Shown: positions 1-12,962, counted from the stretch's first letter. The stretch is 64,000 nucleotides of DNA from the human T2T-CHM13v2.0 reference genome, Homo sapiens (GCF_009914755.1 NC_060933.1), one strand, 5' to 3'. Program-made: numbers and translations. Notes: generated from the sequence alone by a model not told the origin.

Positions 1-1214
1 CTGTACTCAGGGAAAAATCTCGTTGATGTTAAACTAGTGTGGTCTCTCCTTCCTCTAGCATAGTTATTCAGGAATCAATCAATCAAAATTATCCAAATAT
101 CCTGCAAACATTTGGCTTAAAACTTTTATCAGTATTTTCAACAACTGTCAAATACTCTTGTACAGAGGAATGTGGCAAAGACGGGGAGTGAATGAGAAGA
201 AGCTGATAGTAAGTAGCTCTACTTTTAGTTTCTTATTGTCTACAATGGCTCTTCATTTTGAAGCTGGAGCTTTGCTTTATGGTTGGTTCCTGGCTTGCTA
301 ATAAGAAGCAGATGTTTCCCACAAAGATATTTCTGATTCTTTTTTTCTATACCCCTACTTTCAACTTGGAGTTGGAAATCAGTAAGTTCAAGGGAATTTA
401 TTACCTTTATCCTCTTAGCACATGAAATTGGAAGATGATAGGGTTTTAACTAGTTGTCAGATTGTTAGGTGAAAGGATATTTCTGGCTAAAGAATGGGGC
501 TTTCATTGCCGTTATTTTCTTTTCAATTCTTTCTGCAGTTCCTAGAAAGAAATCAAACTAGTTACATTGCTAAGGTGAAGAAGTACATGCTCTGGTATTT
601 TTGCAGTGAAGTTCTTCAGGCCCTGATACCTCTCAAGCCCAGATGTCAATCATTTCCAGCAAGTGCAGCCTTTTTTTGCCACCACTGTGTAGGACGTGGT
701 TACCACTCAGAAATTATGGCAAGTTAATCTGCAGGCCTTATTCAATAATTCTTAGAAACACATGAACACAGTTGGTGCGCTCGAGCATTTGGAAAATTAA
801 ATTATTCTTTAGAATTAGCCTACTGAGCTGGAAGAAAATAAAGAACACTTACCAAAGGGGAAAAAATGACAAAAAATTCTAATGACTAATGGTTTTTCAT
901 TATAATTGCATAATAGTCTCTTGATACAAGTGCTACTCATTGTTCTGATAATTCACTGATCCATTAGGCCCCTCCATACATATGCAAGCACCTAGATTAG
1001 AAAACAGAAGAATAAGAATATGTAATTGCACTCAAGTGCCTTAAATTAGATCAATTCAATGGCACTCTTAACCATCCTACTATTAGCAGATGCTGAGAAT
1101 ATGAGAAATGATAAGCAACTTCCAACTGATACACTAGATAAATTTTACTTTTTTATCCAGGATAAGACAATTAACAAAGGTAACATTTAGTTCATAGTAA
1201 CATTTTAAAAATTT

Positions 1215-1560
1215 CTGACGATTATGCATAGTGTGCTATAAACATTCATCTACTAGTTTTTATGTAGACAAGTTTTTATTTCCCTTGGACATATTCCTAG
1301 AAGTTGAGTTGTTGAGCCACAAATTATATTTTGTGACTGTCTGACCTTGAAGGGCCCACAGAAGATAATTCTGTGTTGGTGGTTATAAGAATCTAGGTAT
1401 ATGTTAGTCCTCATAGAACTGTACACCAAAAAAGTGACTACTACCTCATGCAAATTCAATATTTTTAATAATTTAGAAAACTCTCCAAATAATCTGCATA
1501 GATTTATAAATTCCATCAAATTATTACATGAATCATTAACATACCTCTAGTGCTTCAAAA
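1215..1560 (-). mobile_element. Old L1M (L1ME-like) ORF2 3' fragments, antisense, interrupted
   Basis: gtgtgctataaacattc...tttttatttcccttggacatattcctagaagttgagttgttgagcca and ctctccaaat...atttataaattccatca resemble antisense L1M ORF2 C-terminal sequence. Confidence 0.45.
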
Positions 1561-2419
1561 ACTAAAGTTTGTACAAAAAATGTGGTGATAAAAAACAAAA
1601 TAGTTCCTGAAGTGAATAATTTTTAGTGGGTAGAGTTATATATCACATATAGCAAAGTTGTGTCTCAAATTGAATGTCAAGAGAACTGGAAATTCTTTGA
1701 TCCAAAAGGCAACCAAATCGTCCACGCTACTCAGTCCTTATTCAAGATCCTTTAACAAAATGGAAATATATTAGTGGGAAGTAATTCTTGGATAGGAGCT
1801 GGGATAACAAGTTCCTCTTATTAAACCTACTGATTTCATTCTCCTATTCTCCCAAGGTTTAGCAAAAGCAGGCCTTACATTACAAATTTCTTGTAGTATT
1901 GAGAAAAGGTTCCACTTCTGTACATGGAGCCTACAAATTTTTTATCCCATGGAGAATTGTTAAAGATTATAAAAATGCATAGAACACACACAGGGCAATA
2001 ATGTATTGAGGAGTTTTAAATTTTAATTTTTACTGTCAAGCCCGTAAGTAAATCATCAATGCAAGAATTCTGAGGTTCAACGTTTAAATAACATAAGAAA
2101 ATTAGTACTCTTCCTTCTATGTTTAAATTCCGTGTTTGACATTGTCTGGAAAAATGTCAATAAATATTACTTGTGATATTTTCAATTTTCAAAGCAATTA
2201 TTACATTAGGAACACAGGTTTTGGAAAGAATCACAACTAATGTCCCTGAAAGGGTAATGATGCCAAGGATAGTTGTTTTTAATAAAAAGTTAGAATGTAC
2301 ATCGTGACAAACTAACAATCACAATTAGAGCTATCTTTGTCCCTTTTCTACCCTCAAAACAACCTGAGACTCAGGTGATAATCCCAGTTTACCTTAATGT
2401 TAATAATTTTTAGTTATTA

Positions 2420-2705
2420 ATTTGTTCATTTTACAAATATATATTGGATATAACTATGCACCCTGAACTGTGCTGAATGTTTCAGATGCAATGGAGAGCA
2501 AAGCACTTGAACTCTGATTTACAAGAGGAGACCAAATAATCACACAAATATTTAATGAGAAACTGTGCTAACTAACCGTTATGAAGGAAAAGTAAAAGGG
2601 ACAAAAAAAAAAAAAAAAAGATACCTCAGGGATATATTAAGGAAATGTACCTATTCTGAAGTTTAATGGAGGCTTCCTTGGAGAAGTGGCATTTGATCCT
2701 GATTT
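2420..2705 (-). mobile_element. L2 3' fragment
   Basis: tttgttcattttacaaatatatattgga...actatgcaccctgaactgtgctga and ggcttccttggagaagtggcatttgatcctga are typical antisense L2 motifs. Confidence 0.55.
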
Positions 2706-3519
2706 TGTGACCAATGACCTGCATTTCCTGATTCCAATTTCTTTTCCCTCCTCATTCCAGCTAATATCCAAGAATAATCTCAGGGTAATTGCTTTAGGTT
2801 CCAAATGGGACCTAAAATTACATTAAAAGCTGGCAGTAGATACAATGGCAGTGGCCTATGTGGGACTCTGAGCATAGGCTTGGCATTATGTCCAGGGTTT
2901 CCGTTGCAGATCCCACCACTTCCAAATACTTAGGTCAGGCTATCTGAGGTACAACATGAGCTACAAACCCTTTTATCTTCTAGGATATTTTTATGCCCTG
3001 AAAGTCTGACTTCTGAAATGAATTTAATATTATCAAGAAATAGGAAGGAGAACTGTATCTGACAAATATGACATTTCAAATCAGAGTCGGAAGTTCTTAT
3101 AGTAAAAGACAAATTTCCCACAGAAATAATAAAAACCCCTAAGAGACTACTATGAACACCTCTATGCACACAAGCTAGAAAATCTAGAAGAAATGGATAA
3201 ATCTCTGGAAATATACAACCTCCCAAGACTGAACCAGGAAGAAACTGAATCTCCAAACATATCAATAATGAGTTCCCAAATTAAACCAGTAAAAAAAAAA
3301 AAAAAAAGCCTACCAACCCACAAAAAGCCCAGGACCAGGCAGACTCACAGCTGAATTCTACCACATGTATAAAGAAGAGCTGGTATCAATCCTACGGAAA
3401 ATAGTCCAAAAAATTGAGGAGGAAGGACTTCTCCTCGACTCATTCTATCAAATCAGGAACCTAATACCAAAACTTAGCAGAGACAACAACAACAAAACAA
3501 CAACTTCAGGCCAATATCC

Positions 3520-4030
3520 TTGATGAACATAGATGGAAAAATCCTCAACAAAATACTAGCAAACCAAAACCTGCAGCATATAAAACAGCTAATTCACCAC
3601 GATCAAGTAGGCTTCATCCCTAGGATGCAAGGTTGGTTCAACATACATACATCAATAAATGTGATTCACCACATAAACAGAGCTAAAAACAAAAACCACC
3701 TGATCATTTCAATAGATGCAGAAAAGGCTTTTGATAAAAGCCAACATCCCTTCATGTTAAAAACTCTCAATAAACTAGGCATTGAAGGAACACACTTCAA
3801 AATAATAAGAGCCATCTATGACAAACCCACAGCCAACATCATACTGAACAGGCAAAAGCTGGAAACATTCTCCTTGAGAACTAGAATACCACAAGGATGC
3901 CCTTTCACTACTCCTATGCAACATAGTACTGGAAGCCCTAGCCAGAGCAATTAGGCAAGAGAAAGCGATAACAGGCATGCAAATAGGAAGAGAGGAAATC
4001 AAAGTATCTCTGTTTGCAGACATTATGACC
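3520..4030 (+). pseudogene. Disrupted L1 ORF2p reverse-transcriptase fragment
   Basis: ORF 3520-3954 reads [55 protein letters not shown]. It is frameshifted afterwards, and the catalytic FADD reads FADI (ctgtttgcagacatt, ~4010-4024). Confidence 0.92.
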
Positions 4031-4654
4031 GTATTCCTAGAAAATCCCATAGTGTCTGCCCAAAAGCCCCTTGGTCAGATAAACAAATTCAGCAAAATTT
4101 CAGGATACAAAAATAAATGTACATAAATCAGATCATAAATCAATATCTATAAATCAGTAGTACTTCTATATATCGGCAACATCCAAGCTGAGAGCCAAAT
4201 CAAGAACACAGTCCCTTAAGCCACAAACAGAGTAAAATACCTAGGAATACAGCTAATCAGGGAGGTTGAAAGATCTCTACAAATGAGAATTTCAAAACAC
4301 TGCTTAAAGAAATCAGAGATGACACAAATTGGAAAACATTCCATGCTCATGGATAGGAAGAATCAATACTGTAATAATGGCCATGCTGCCCAAAGCAGTA
4401 TGATTCAATGCTATTCCTATCAAACTACCAATGACATTCTTCTCAGAATTGGAAAAAACTATTTTAAAATTCATATGGAAACAAAAAACAGCTCAAATAG
4501 CCAAGGCAATCCTAAGCATAAAGAAGAAAGCTGGAGGCATCACACGACCTGACTTCAAGCTATATTACAAATCCATAGAGTAACCAAAACAGCATGGTAT
4601 TGGAACAGAAACAGACCCATAGACCAATGAAACAGAATAGAGCGCCTGAAAATA

Positions 4655-5011
4655 ATGCCATATGCCTACAATCATCTGACCTTTGACAAAGTCAACAAAA
4701 GCAAGCAATGGGGAAAGGGATACCTAGTCAATAAATGGTGCTGGGCTGACTGGCTAGCCATATGCAGAAAATTGAAACTGGACCCCTTCCTTACACCATA
4801 TCCCAAAACTAACTCAAGATCAATTAAAGACTTAACTGTAGAACCTAAAACTATAAAAGTCCCAGAGGAAAACCTAGAAAATACCATTCTGGACATAGAC
4901 CCTGGCAAATATTTCATGATGAAGATGCCAAAAGCAATTCCAACAACAACAAAAATTGACAAATGGGACCTAATTAAACTGAAGCACTTCTGCACAGCCG
5001 ATACAGAATGA
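4655..5011 (+). pseudogene. Disrupted L1 ORF2p C-terminal fragment
   Basis: [54 protein letters not shown] matches L1 ORF2p. Confidence 0.92.
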
Positions 5012-6184
5012 AATATATTCTCCCATTATAGAATCAGAGAAAATATTTGCAAACTATGCATCCAACAAAGGTCTAATATCTAGACTCTAAGAAACTTAAA
5101 ATAACAAGCAAAAAACCAAACTATTAAAAAGTAGACAAAGGACATGAACAGATACTTTTCAGAAGACATACATGCAGCTAATAAGCATATGAAAAAAATC
5201 CTCAGCATCGCTAATCACTGGGGAAATGCAAATACAAACCACAATGAGTTACCATCTCACATCAGTCAGAATGGCTATTACCAAAAAGTCAAAAAAAATC
5301 ACAGATGAAGGCAAGGTTGAAGAGAAAAGGGGGCACTTATACATTGCTGGGGGGAATGTAAATTAGTTCAGCTATTAGAACAGTGTGGTGATTTCTCAAG
5401 GAGCTTAAAACAGAATTACCATTTGACCCAGCAACCCATTATTGGGTATATACGCAAAGAAATACAAATTACTATATACAGATACATGCACACATATTCA
5501 TTGCAGCACTATTCACAAGATGAGGAATCATACACTATGGGATACTATGTAGCCATAAAATAGAATAAGATCATGTCCTTTGCAGCAACATGAGTGGAGC
5601 TGGGGGCCATCGTCCTAAATGAACACAGGAACAGAAAACCAAATACTGCATGTTCTCACTTATACATGGGAGCCAAACATTGAGTACACATGGGCACTAA
5701 GAAGGGAAAAACAGACACTGAGGCCTACTTGACAGATGAAGATGGGAGGAGGGGCACTGAAAATCTACCTATTGGGTACTATGCTTTTACCTGAATGATG
5801 AAATAAACTGCTCTCCAAACCCGTGACATGCAGTTTGCTAATATAACAAAGCTACACATATACTGCTGAACCTAAAACTTAAAAAAAAAAATCAGTTTCC
5901 AACTATGGCACCTAGGGGAATATATGTTTTTTTTTTTTTCCATTCCTTAGTAATGGATTAGCAAACACATAATAAAAGCTCACCACAACTAGTGAGCGCT
6001 GGGTAGGGAACCATGGAAAGAAACAAAGGAAGATTAGAACCCTAATCTGGTCTTTTATGTGACTCTGGGGGAATACTAAACTCACCAATGAAACAAACTG
6101 AAGGCAGTGACAAAGAATATTGTAATAATATAATCAGGTATATTTAATCTATGAGTATTTGCTCATATTTGCTATGAGTAAAAT

Positions 6185-6350
6185 AGCAAATAAAGTGGTC
6201 AGATGCATCAGAATTGAGCAGGGCTTATCTTTAAGTGGTAGGGTCATGGCCTATTCCTAATTTATTCTTTTTGCTTATCTATACTTTCTGAATACTGACT
6301 CTACCATTCTATTTTTTCATTAGGGATGCAAAAGCAATATTTTTTCTAAA
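6185..6350 (+). mobile_element. Probable L1ME 3' end fragment
   Basis: gcttatctttaagtggtagggtcatggcctatt..tttattctttttgcttatctatactttctg resembles an L1ME3/4 3'UTR terminus. Confidence 0.4.
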
Positions 6351-6394
6351 AATAATGTATATATATGTGTGTATATATTATATTGCTTATCAAA

Positions 6395-6727
6395 TTCAGG
6401 ATTTAAGCCTCAGTTTTTTCACCAATTTAACCAACTTGCTGAGTAACCTTTGGCAAATTCCCCTTGCCTCCTGGACTCAAGTTCTTCCTACTTGTCAAAT
6501 GAGGAGATGGGCCAGGTCTGTTTCCCAAACTTAGCCAATCTTCAGAATCCTTTCAGCCAACTGTTAAAAATAAAATCCCAAGAGCACCTGAAATCAGCCA
6601 AATGAGACATTCCAGAGAGAAGCCCGGGAAGATGTGTTGTACAAGTGCCCCCAAGTGATTCATAGAAATAGCCAAGCCTCAGAAACACTACACTAGATGA
6701 TGCTTATGGTCACTTCCAGTCTGAATG
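6395..6727 (+). mobile_element. MIR3-like SINE split by a MER5 insertion
   Basis: MIR core (gctgagtaacctttggcaaatt..ctggactcaagttcttcctacttgtcaaatgagg) resumes after the insert as cactagatgatgcttatggtcacttccagtct. Confidence 0.6.
6517..6689. mobile_element. MER5B-like hAT-Charlie non-autonomous element nested in MIR3
   Basis: Begins tctgtttcccaaacttagc..tcagaatc; contains acaagtgcccccaagtgattc; ends cagaaacact (degenerate TIRs). Confidence 0.55.
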
Positions 6728-6892
6728 AGCCATCTCTGCGTTAACATTTAGCACACAGCATGCAATCCCTCTCTAAGTGGAAAAATGACTCTTGTTGGAA
6801 CTGGGCAGGAGCACTGAGAGCACAGCCTTTCCTTTTATCTGGTTTCAGTGTTAGGGTCATGCTGGGCTTATACAATAAACTAGAAAGTGTTA

Positions 6893-7180
6893 TTTGGGAA
6901 GCTAAGGAGGGCAGACCACTTGAGGTCAGGAGTTTGTGACCAGCCTAACCAATACGGTGAAACCTCGACTCTACTAACAATACAAAAACTAGCCAGGTGT
7001 GGTGGCAGGCACCTGTCATCCCAGCTACTCAGGAGGCTGAGACATGCGAATCACTTTAACCTGGGTGGTGGAGGTTGCTGTGAGCCGAGATCGCACTACT
7101 GCACTCCAGCCTGGCCAACAGAGTGAGACTCTGTCTTATAAAAACAAAACAAAACAAAACAAAACAAAACAAACAAAACA
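6893..7180 (+). mobile_element. 5'-truncated AluS (Sx/Sz-like) with (AAAAC)n tail
   Basis: Dimeric Alu lacking the first ~35 nt; perfect 11-bp TSD AGAAAGTGTTA at 6882-6892 and 7181-7191. Confidence 0.97.
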
Positions 7181-7181
7181 A
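7140..7181 (+). repeat. (AAAAC)n microsatellite derived from the Alu tail
   Basis: Directly visible repeat. Confidence 0.95.
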
Positions 7182-10100
7182 GAAAGTGTTACCTCTGCTT
7201 CTATTTTTGAGGAGACTGTGGAAAATTAGCATCAATCTTTGGTAGTATTCACCAGTGGAACCATCTGGGCCTGGTGCATTATTTTTTTGAAAGGTAATTA
7301 TTGATTCAACATCTTAAACAGAGGTAAGCCTATTCAGATTGTATCAGTTTCTCCCTGTTTTGGTAGTTTGTGTCTTTTGAGGATTTAGTCCACTTTATCT
7401 AAGGTAACAAAATTGCAGGAATAGTTGCTTGTAGCATTTCTTTATCATTTAAACCTCCTTGGAATCTATAGTAATGACCCCTCTCTCTCATTTCTGATAT
7501 TGGTAATTTGTGGCTTTTCCTTATTATTATTTTTGGCTAGCCTGGCTAAAGATTTATCAGTTGTATTGATCATTTCAAAGAACCAGCTTTTGGTTTCATT
7601 TCTTTTCTTTGTTTTCTTTCTTTCCATTGCATTGATTTTTGCTCAATTTTTTTTTATTATTTCTTTTCTTCTGTTGCTTTAGGCTTAACTTGCTCTTTTT
7701 TAATTTCCTATGGTGGAAGCTTAAATTATTTAGATGTTTTTTTCTAATATATGCACTTGATGCTACAAAATATTTCTAAGGACTGATTTTTCTGTATCAT
7801 ACATTTTAATAAGTAGTATTTTCGTTTTCATTTAAAGGTATTCTTCAGAGTTCTTTGACCCATGTGTTATGTGCAAGTGTCTTTTAATTTCTAAATATTT
7901 GACATTTTCTAGCTGTCTTTCTGTTATTGATTTCTACTTTAATCCCATTGTAGTCTAAGTACATTGTATAATTCTTATTAAAGTTTTTGAGGTGTCTTAT
8001 GGCCCACAGTGTGGTCTATTTTGGTGAATGCTCCACGTGAGTATCAGAAGAATGTATATTTTCCTGTTGCTGGATGCCATATTCTATAAATGTCAATTAG
8101 ATTAAGTTGATTGGTAGAGCTGTTTGGGTCAACTGTATCATTATTGATTGTCTGCCTGCTTGATTTACCAATTATTGAAAGAGAGCTGTTAAAGTTTCCA
8201 ACAATAATAGTGAATTGGTCCATTTCTCCTTGGAATTTTATCAGTTTTGCCTCTTATTTTGATGCTTTGTGGTTAGGTACACATACATCTTGGATTGTTA
8301 TGTACTCTTGGAGAACTGACCTATTTATATAATGCTCTTTATCCCAGATAATTTTCCTTGTTCTGAAGTCAGTTTCGTTTAATACACTCATTCTGTTTCT
8401 TTTGATTAGTAGGAGCACAGTAAAATTTTTTCCATCTTTGTTTTTAAGCCGAATCTTGATCTTTAAAGTGGGTTTTCTTGCAGATGACATGGAGTTGTGT
8501 TTTGTTTTTGTATTTTTAATTCACTTTAAAATGTTCCATAATTACTGCATTTAACCATAAATATTTAAAGTAATATTGATAAAACTGGATTAATATCTAC
8601 CATATTTGAATTGTTTTATATTTGTTACATTTGTTCTTGGTTCTTTTCTGCCCTCTCTAGATTTAGTTGAATATTTATATGATTCAATTTTAGCTCCTCT
8701 TTTGGAATATCAGTTATACCTTATTAAATTTTATTAAAAATTAAATTTTGCAATATACATAATTCACTAATAAAGTCCAATTTCAAATACCACTATATTG
8801 CTTGATATGTGGTGCAGGTATTTTAACAGAATATCCTTGAAATTTCTCCCTCCCATTCTTCGTGACATTGCTATCATTCATTTCACTCGTCCTATCTTCT
8901 ATAATCACTCAATACATCATTGCTACTATTAAACAGTTCTTTTATATCAATTAAGATTAGAAGTAAGAAAAATAAAATTTTATCCTTCCTTATTCCTTCT
9001 GTTACACTCTTCTTAATATAGGTATGAGTTTCTGACCTATATAATTTCCTTTTCCCTGAAGGATTTATTTTAACATCTGCAGAGTGGTCTTCTGGTCATG
9101 AAATCCCTCAGCTTTTGCTGGTCTGAAAAACTAATTCTCTTTTGAGGTTGAGTTTCACTGGATATTCTATATTTGTGGACTTTTTCCCTTTCAACAGTTT
9201 AAATATTTTTTATTTCATTCTGTTCTTGCTTGCATAACTCTCTTCTTTTTCTCTCTCCTTCCTTCCTTTCCTTCATTTTGATATTTATCCTGCTGGTGTT
9301 TGCTGAACTTCTTGGATTCTGTGGTTTAGTATCTGTCATTAATTTTGGGAAATTTTCGTCATTATTACTTACATTTCTTCTGTTTTCTCTTCTCCTTTCT
9401 CTTTTAATTATGTTTATGATATACCTTTTGAAATTGTCCTACAACTCTGGATGTTCTCTGCTGATTTTTTGTTTTGTTTTGTTTTGTTTTTCAGTTTGGG
9501 AGGCTTCTATTGTGACTTATCTTAAAAGCTCATTGTTTCTTTTCTCAGCTGTGTCTGTTCTACTAATGAACTCCTCAAAGACATTTTTCATTCTATTTTT
9601 TATTTCTAGCATTTTGATTCTTTCTCAGAGTTTTCCATATCTCTGATTATATTAATCATGTGTTATTGTGTATTTTCTACATTTTCAATTAGAGCCTTTA
9701 ACATATTAATCAGCTATTTTAAATTCCTTATCTGATAATTTGAAAATCTGTGTCACAGAATCAGTCTGATTCTGATGTTTGCATTTTGTCTTCAGACTTT
9801 TTTCTTGTTTTACTATACCTTGTAATTTTTTGTTCAAAGTTGGACATGATGTTTCAGGTAATAGGAGCTGAGGTAAATGTACCTTAACCCATAAAAGTTT
9901 AATGTTTATCTGGCTAGAAGTTGAACTGTGTTTAATGGTTGCTGTATTTGGGTACCCTAATACAGGAATTTGAAGCCTCTAATTCCTCTAATATCCTTGT
10001 TTTTGTCACTTCATTAAGTAGAATCTACGCCTGGCAGTTCTTTCATCTGTAACCCACTGTTACTATATTGGAAACTTGTTGGTATGGTGGTAAGGTGTAG

Positions 10101-10832
10101 AGAGGGAAAATGTTCTATACTCTTATGAACCAATCTCAGTCTTTCAGTGGGCTTGCGTTTTGTGGTTATGACCTTACAAGTTTTCTTAGCTTCTCCGCAG
10201 CCCAGTTGAAACAGGAAAGCTAGAGGATGCTGAAGTCAGAGAAATAAATCTTTCTCCTGGCAGGACAAAGCCTTTTCCTCTGGATTTGTCATTTGTTAAG
10301 AAGTCTCTTGGCATATTTCACAATGGTAACTCTTCTTCTTCTCCTCTGCCAAAGCCAAGAAGAGATCTTTCCTGGGTTTCTAACATGAGAACCTGGTGAC
10401 TTTCCTAGAGATAAAACTTACCAAAGTATGGGGCCCCCTAAGATTATGCCACACAGGAATTTTTTCCTTTAGCTAGTCCATACTCAGCCTCCAACAATCC
10501 ATCAAATCTACCACTGAAGTTTTTCTACCCATTTATGGTTCCAGTAGCATCTGTCCAGGGAAGCGAATTTCATTTTTGCGTCTCTGGATTCACCTTTCTG
10601 TTTAGATTCTGGGATAGCAGTTTGCTTTGTATTCTCAATTCTATGAGGAGTCCAAGAAATGTCACCAATTTTTCAGTTTGCTCAGATTTTTCTAGTTTTA
10701 AGAACAGGAGTGACCACTTCCAAGCTCTTTACCTGTGGGAACTGCAACTGGAAATGGCCCTTTCTGAGAAATAACCATGCATTTCTGGTGATACCTTTAA
10801 GCAAATCAGCATGATTTTTAAATAAGTACTTT

Positions 10833-10965
10833 CAGGGCTGCTTCCTACAGTTGTGAAGGTTGTGCTCTACAAGGACAACCAGGCTAAGAGGCAAAAAGAG
10901 GGTGGCATCTAGTTTGTGCAAAGGTGCCCGGAGGATGGGTGGAGGGTGGGTAACAGCTGACCCTG
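10833..10965. mobile_element. MER91A-like hAT-Tip100 element
   Basis: cagggctgcttcctacagttgtgaaggttgtgctctacaagg ... taacagctgaccctg; terminal inverted cagggc/accctg. Confidence 0.6.
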
Positions 10966-12489
10966 CTTTGCAAGGTTGCACAAGGGAGGTTGAAGCCTGA
11001 GCTCATCAATTCCAACCATCTTATGAAACAATCCAGTGGCTCTTCTTAGCTCAGTTTGTGGGGAACATTCAGAACTGCTCCAAGGATTCCTTCATCTTGT
11101 TCAGGCTTTGATGGAACAGGGCCAGTAGCAGAGAGCTCTTTCAGATCTTCAGATTTTGCATTTATCTCCAGCCTCACTCTTTGAGAAGGCCAAAGCCTCC
11201 TTTTGTAATACCTTTCCTTTATCGTGCCTCCAACTGCCTTATGCTTGCCTAGATGCCTGGTTAGACAGCTTACATTTGTAACCAACAAGTGAGTTCCAAT
11301 GTTCCAAAGTCATTGCCTCTTCATGGATATCCTCATTCATTGTTCTGGGGAGCCACATGGTGAATGTGAACTTGAGTTCTGAAGAGTAGGCTTGTGCCAG
11401 GCAGCCAGCTTCCCCGACGTGGAGCCAAATGTTGCATCTGAGCAGCATTTGAGCAGTATCTCCCCAGCCGCGACAATGAAATCAGGTCCTTACTAGAGAG
11501 TAGGGGATTGGTGACTGTAGACTCTGGTAATGATTCTGGCACTGCACCAGTAGCAGGCAGCCCTCATTTGTTTTGCTGCCTAGCACCCGGGCGAGATCAT
11601 TGTTTATTATGGCTCAAAGGCAGTAATCATTTCACATAATGTGAGGATTTCTTTCACTCAATTACTTTCATGCTTTGGGCTGATGAGAATAATAATCATG
11701 TGTTGATTACCGGTATCTTGACAGATGATGCTGAGAAACGCAGGTCACTGCTTGCTCCTACCCTTTTTTCCCCTTAAACACTGAAGGTTGTGATTTGGAA
11801 TTTCATTCAGTCACCACTATTACATCCCAAAGTTTCTGATGCTGAGAAGACCAAGACAAAATATTTCTTACAGGGGCCCTCAATTCCTGCAGTCTGCCCT
11901 ATGGGATAATTTATGTTGATTTGTTTTAAAGAGACAGGCATACATAATTCATGTCCTGTGCATTTCGGCTTTTGGCCATTGAAAATACTATCTCTTTTGG
12001 CAGCGCTTGCAGGAACTAGCTACAATAAACATTTCATACCTCAGTGGACACTCTTTTCTCAGCTAAAAGAAGCCTGACTTATATGTAGACTCCATCATGA
12101 GAGGCCTGTATTTAATGAATTCAGCTGAGCATTTTTTCCTTCCAAAGCATAAAACAAGCTTATTATCTGTATCAATAGTTGGTTTTTCTCAAAAGGAGTC
12201 AAGGTGTGAATGGGCATGAAAGGGAAATTAAATTGAAACTCTTGGTGGTTTCATGGTTGGAGGCCAGTTTAAAACTCATACTCTAATAACTGCTTTTGAA
12301 CTAGCTAGGAGAATTGTTAGATCAGAAAAGCATACAGATTTGAAGAGAGACATCAGGGTAGGCTTCCCATCCAGAAGGCAGAGAGCCAGACAAACGACAC
12401 TTTTGAAGATATCGGTGCCACTGCTGAGGATGGCTGGATTCATACCTGTGTAGATTACAGGGGGTTAAATATGGTCTACACATGTAGTG

Positions 12490-12960
12490 CCAAAGTAGTA
12501 ATTTAAAAATGCAAATCTCATCAAGCTGCTCTTCTCCTCAAATTCCTTCAGTGGCTTTCCATTTCACAGAGGATGAAGACCAAGGAGGCTGCATGATCAT
12601 TTGGGTCTCCAATGCTTCATCCTCATCCAGTCTCCTGTTGCCTTTACTTACTGTGTTCTAGCTACTGAGGCCTTCCTTTGCTTCTCTACAACTGTTTGCT
12701 TTTACCTAAAACTCCTGTTTATGTTTCAGGATTCATCCTAAATAATACTTCTCCCAGGAACTTCTGTTTATTCTGGTAAGTTTAAATCCCTTTGTTAAGT
12801 GTACTCATGCCCTTTTTGTTGCTAAGATTTTATTACTCGGGTAATTTTTGATGTTTACATACCTACTAGACTGTAAACTCCTTAAAGGCACCTGGAGGAT
12901 TCCACTTTGCAAATGTATCCACCTAAGGCATAATAGATATTAAATGAGTGAGTAAGTTAG
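12490..12960 (+). mobile_element. L2 fragment
   Basis: aaaatgcaaatctcatca..cctcaaattccttcagtggctttccatt..ggatgaagaccaa and cctactagactgtaaactccttaaaggca. Confidence 0.65.
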
Positions 12961-12962
12961 TG

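Larger units (their letters stand above)
3117..5891 (+). mobile_element. 5'-truncated LINE-1 (older L1PA, about L1PA13-16-like): ORF2 linker/RT/C-terminal region, 3'UTR and poly(A)
   Basis: Continuous similarity to L1 from cccacagaaata...gagactactatgaacacctctatgcacacaagctagaaaatctagaagaaatggataa to the 3' end ctattgggtactatgct...ccaaacccgtgacatgcagtttg...ctgaacctaaaact and an A-tail at 5881-5891. Confidence 0.95.
6828..10757 (-). mobile_element. Old L1M (L1MC/L1MD-type) 5' portion: 5'UTR, ORF1 and start of ORF2, antisense; interrupted by an Alu
   Basis: Antisense ORF2 motifs (ggtagtattcaccagtggaaccatctgggcctgg; ttttcaaagaaccagcttttggtttc; atggcccacagtgtggtctattttggtgaatg), a T-rich ORF1 region, and a terminal ttccaagctctttacctgtgggaactgcaactggaaatg like an L1MC/MD 5' end. 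Confidence 0.85.

Noticed and set aside
3104-5900. TSD for the L1PA element (aaaagacaaatttcc / aaaaatcagtttcc)
   Set aside because: Too degenerate and A-rich to call
6887-7229. Alu-derived ORFs (also 25115-25474)
   Set aside because: Standard Alu translation frames, not genes
7425-9646. Hydrophobic, membrane-protein-looking ORFs (7425, 8111, 9230)
   Set aside because: Artefacts of the T-rich antisense L1 strand
11172-11288. Plus-strand exon-like interval (ctccag|...caa|gtgagt)
   Set aside because: No recognisable coding content, and such splice pairs are common by chance
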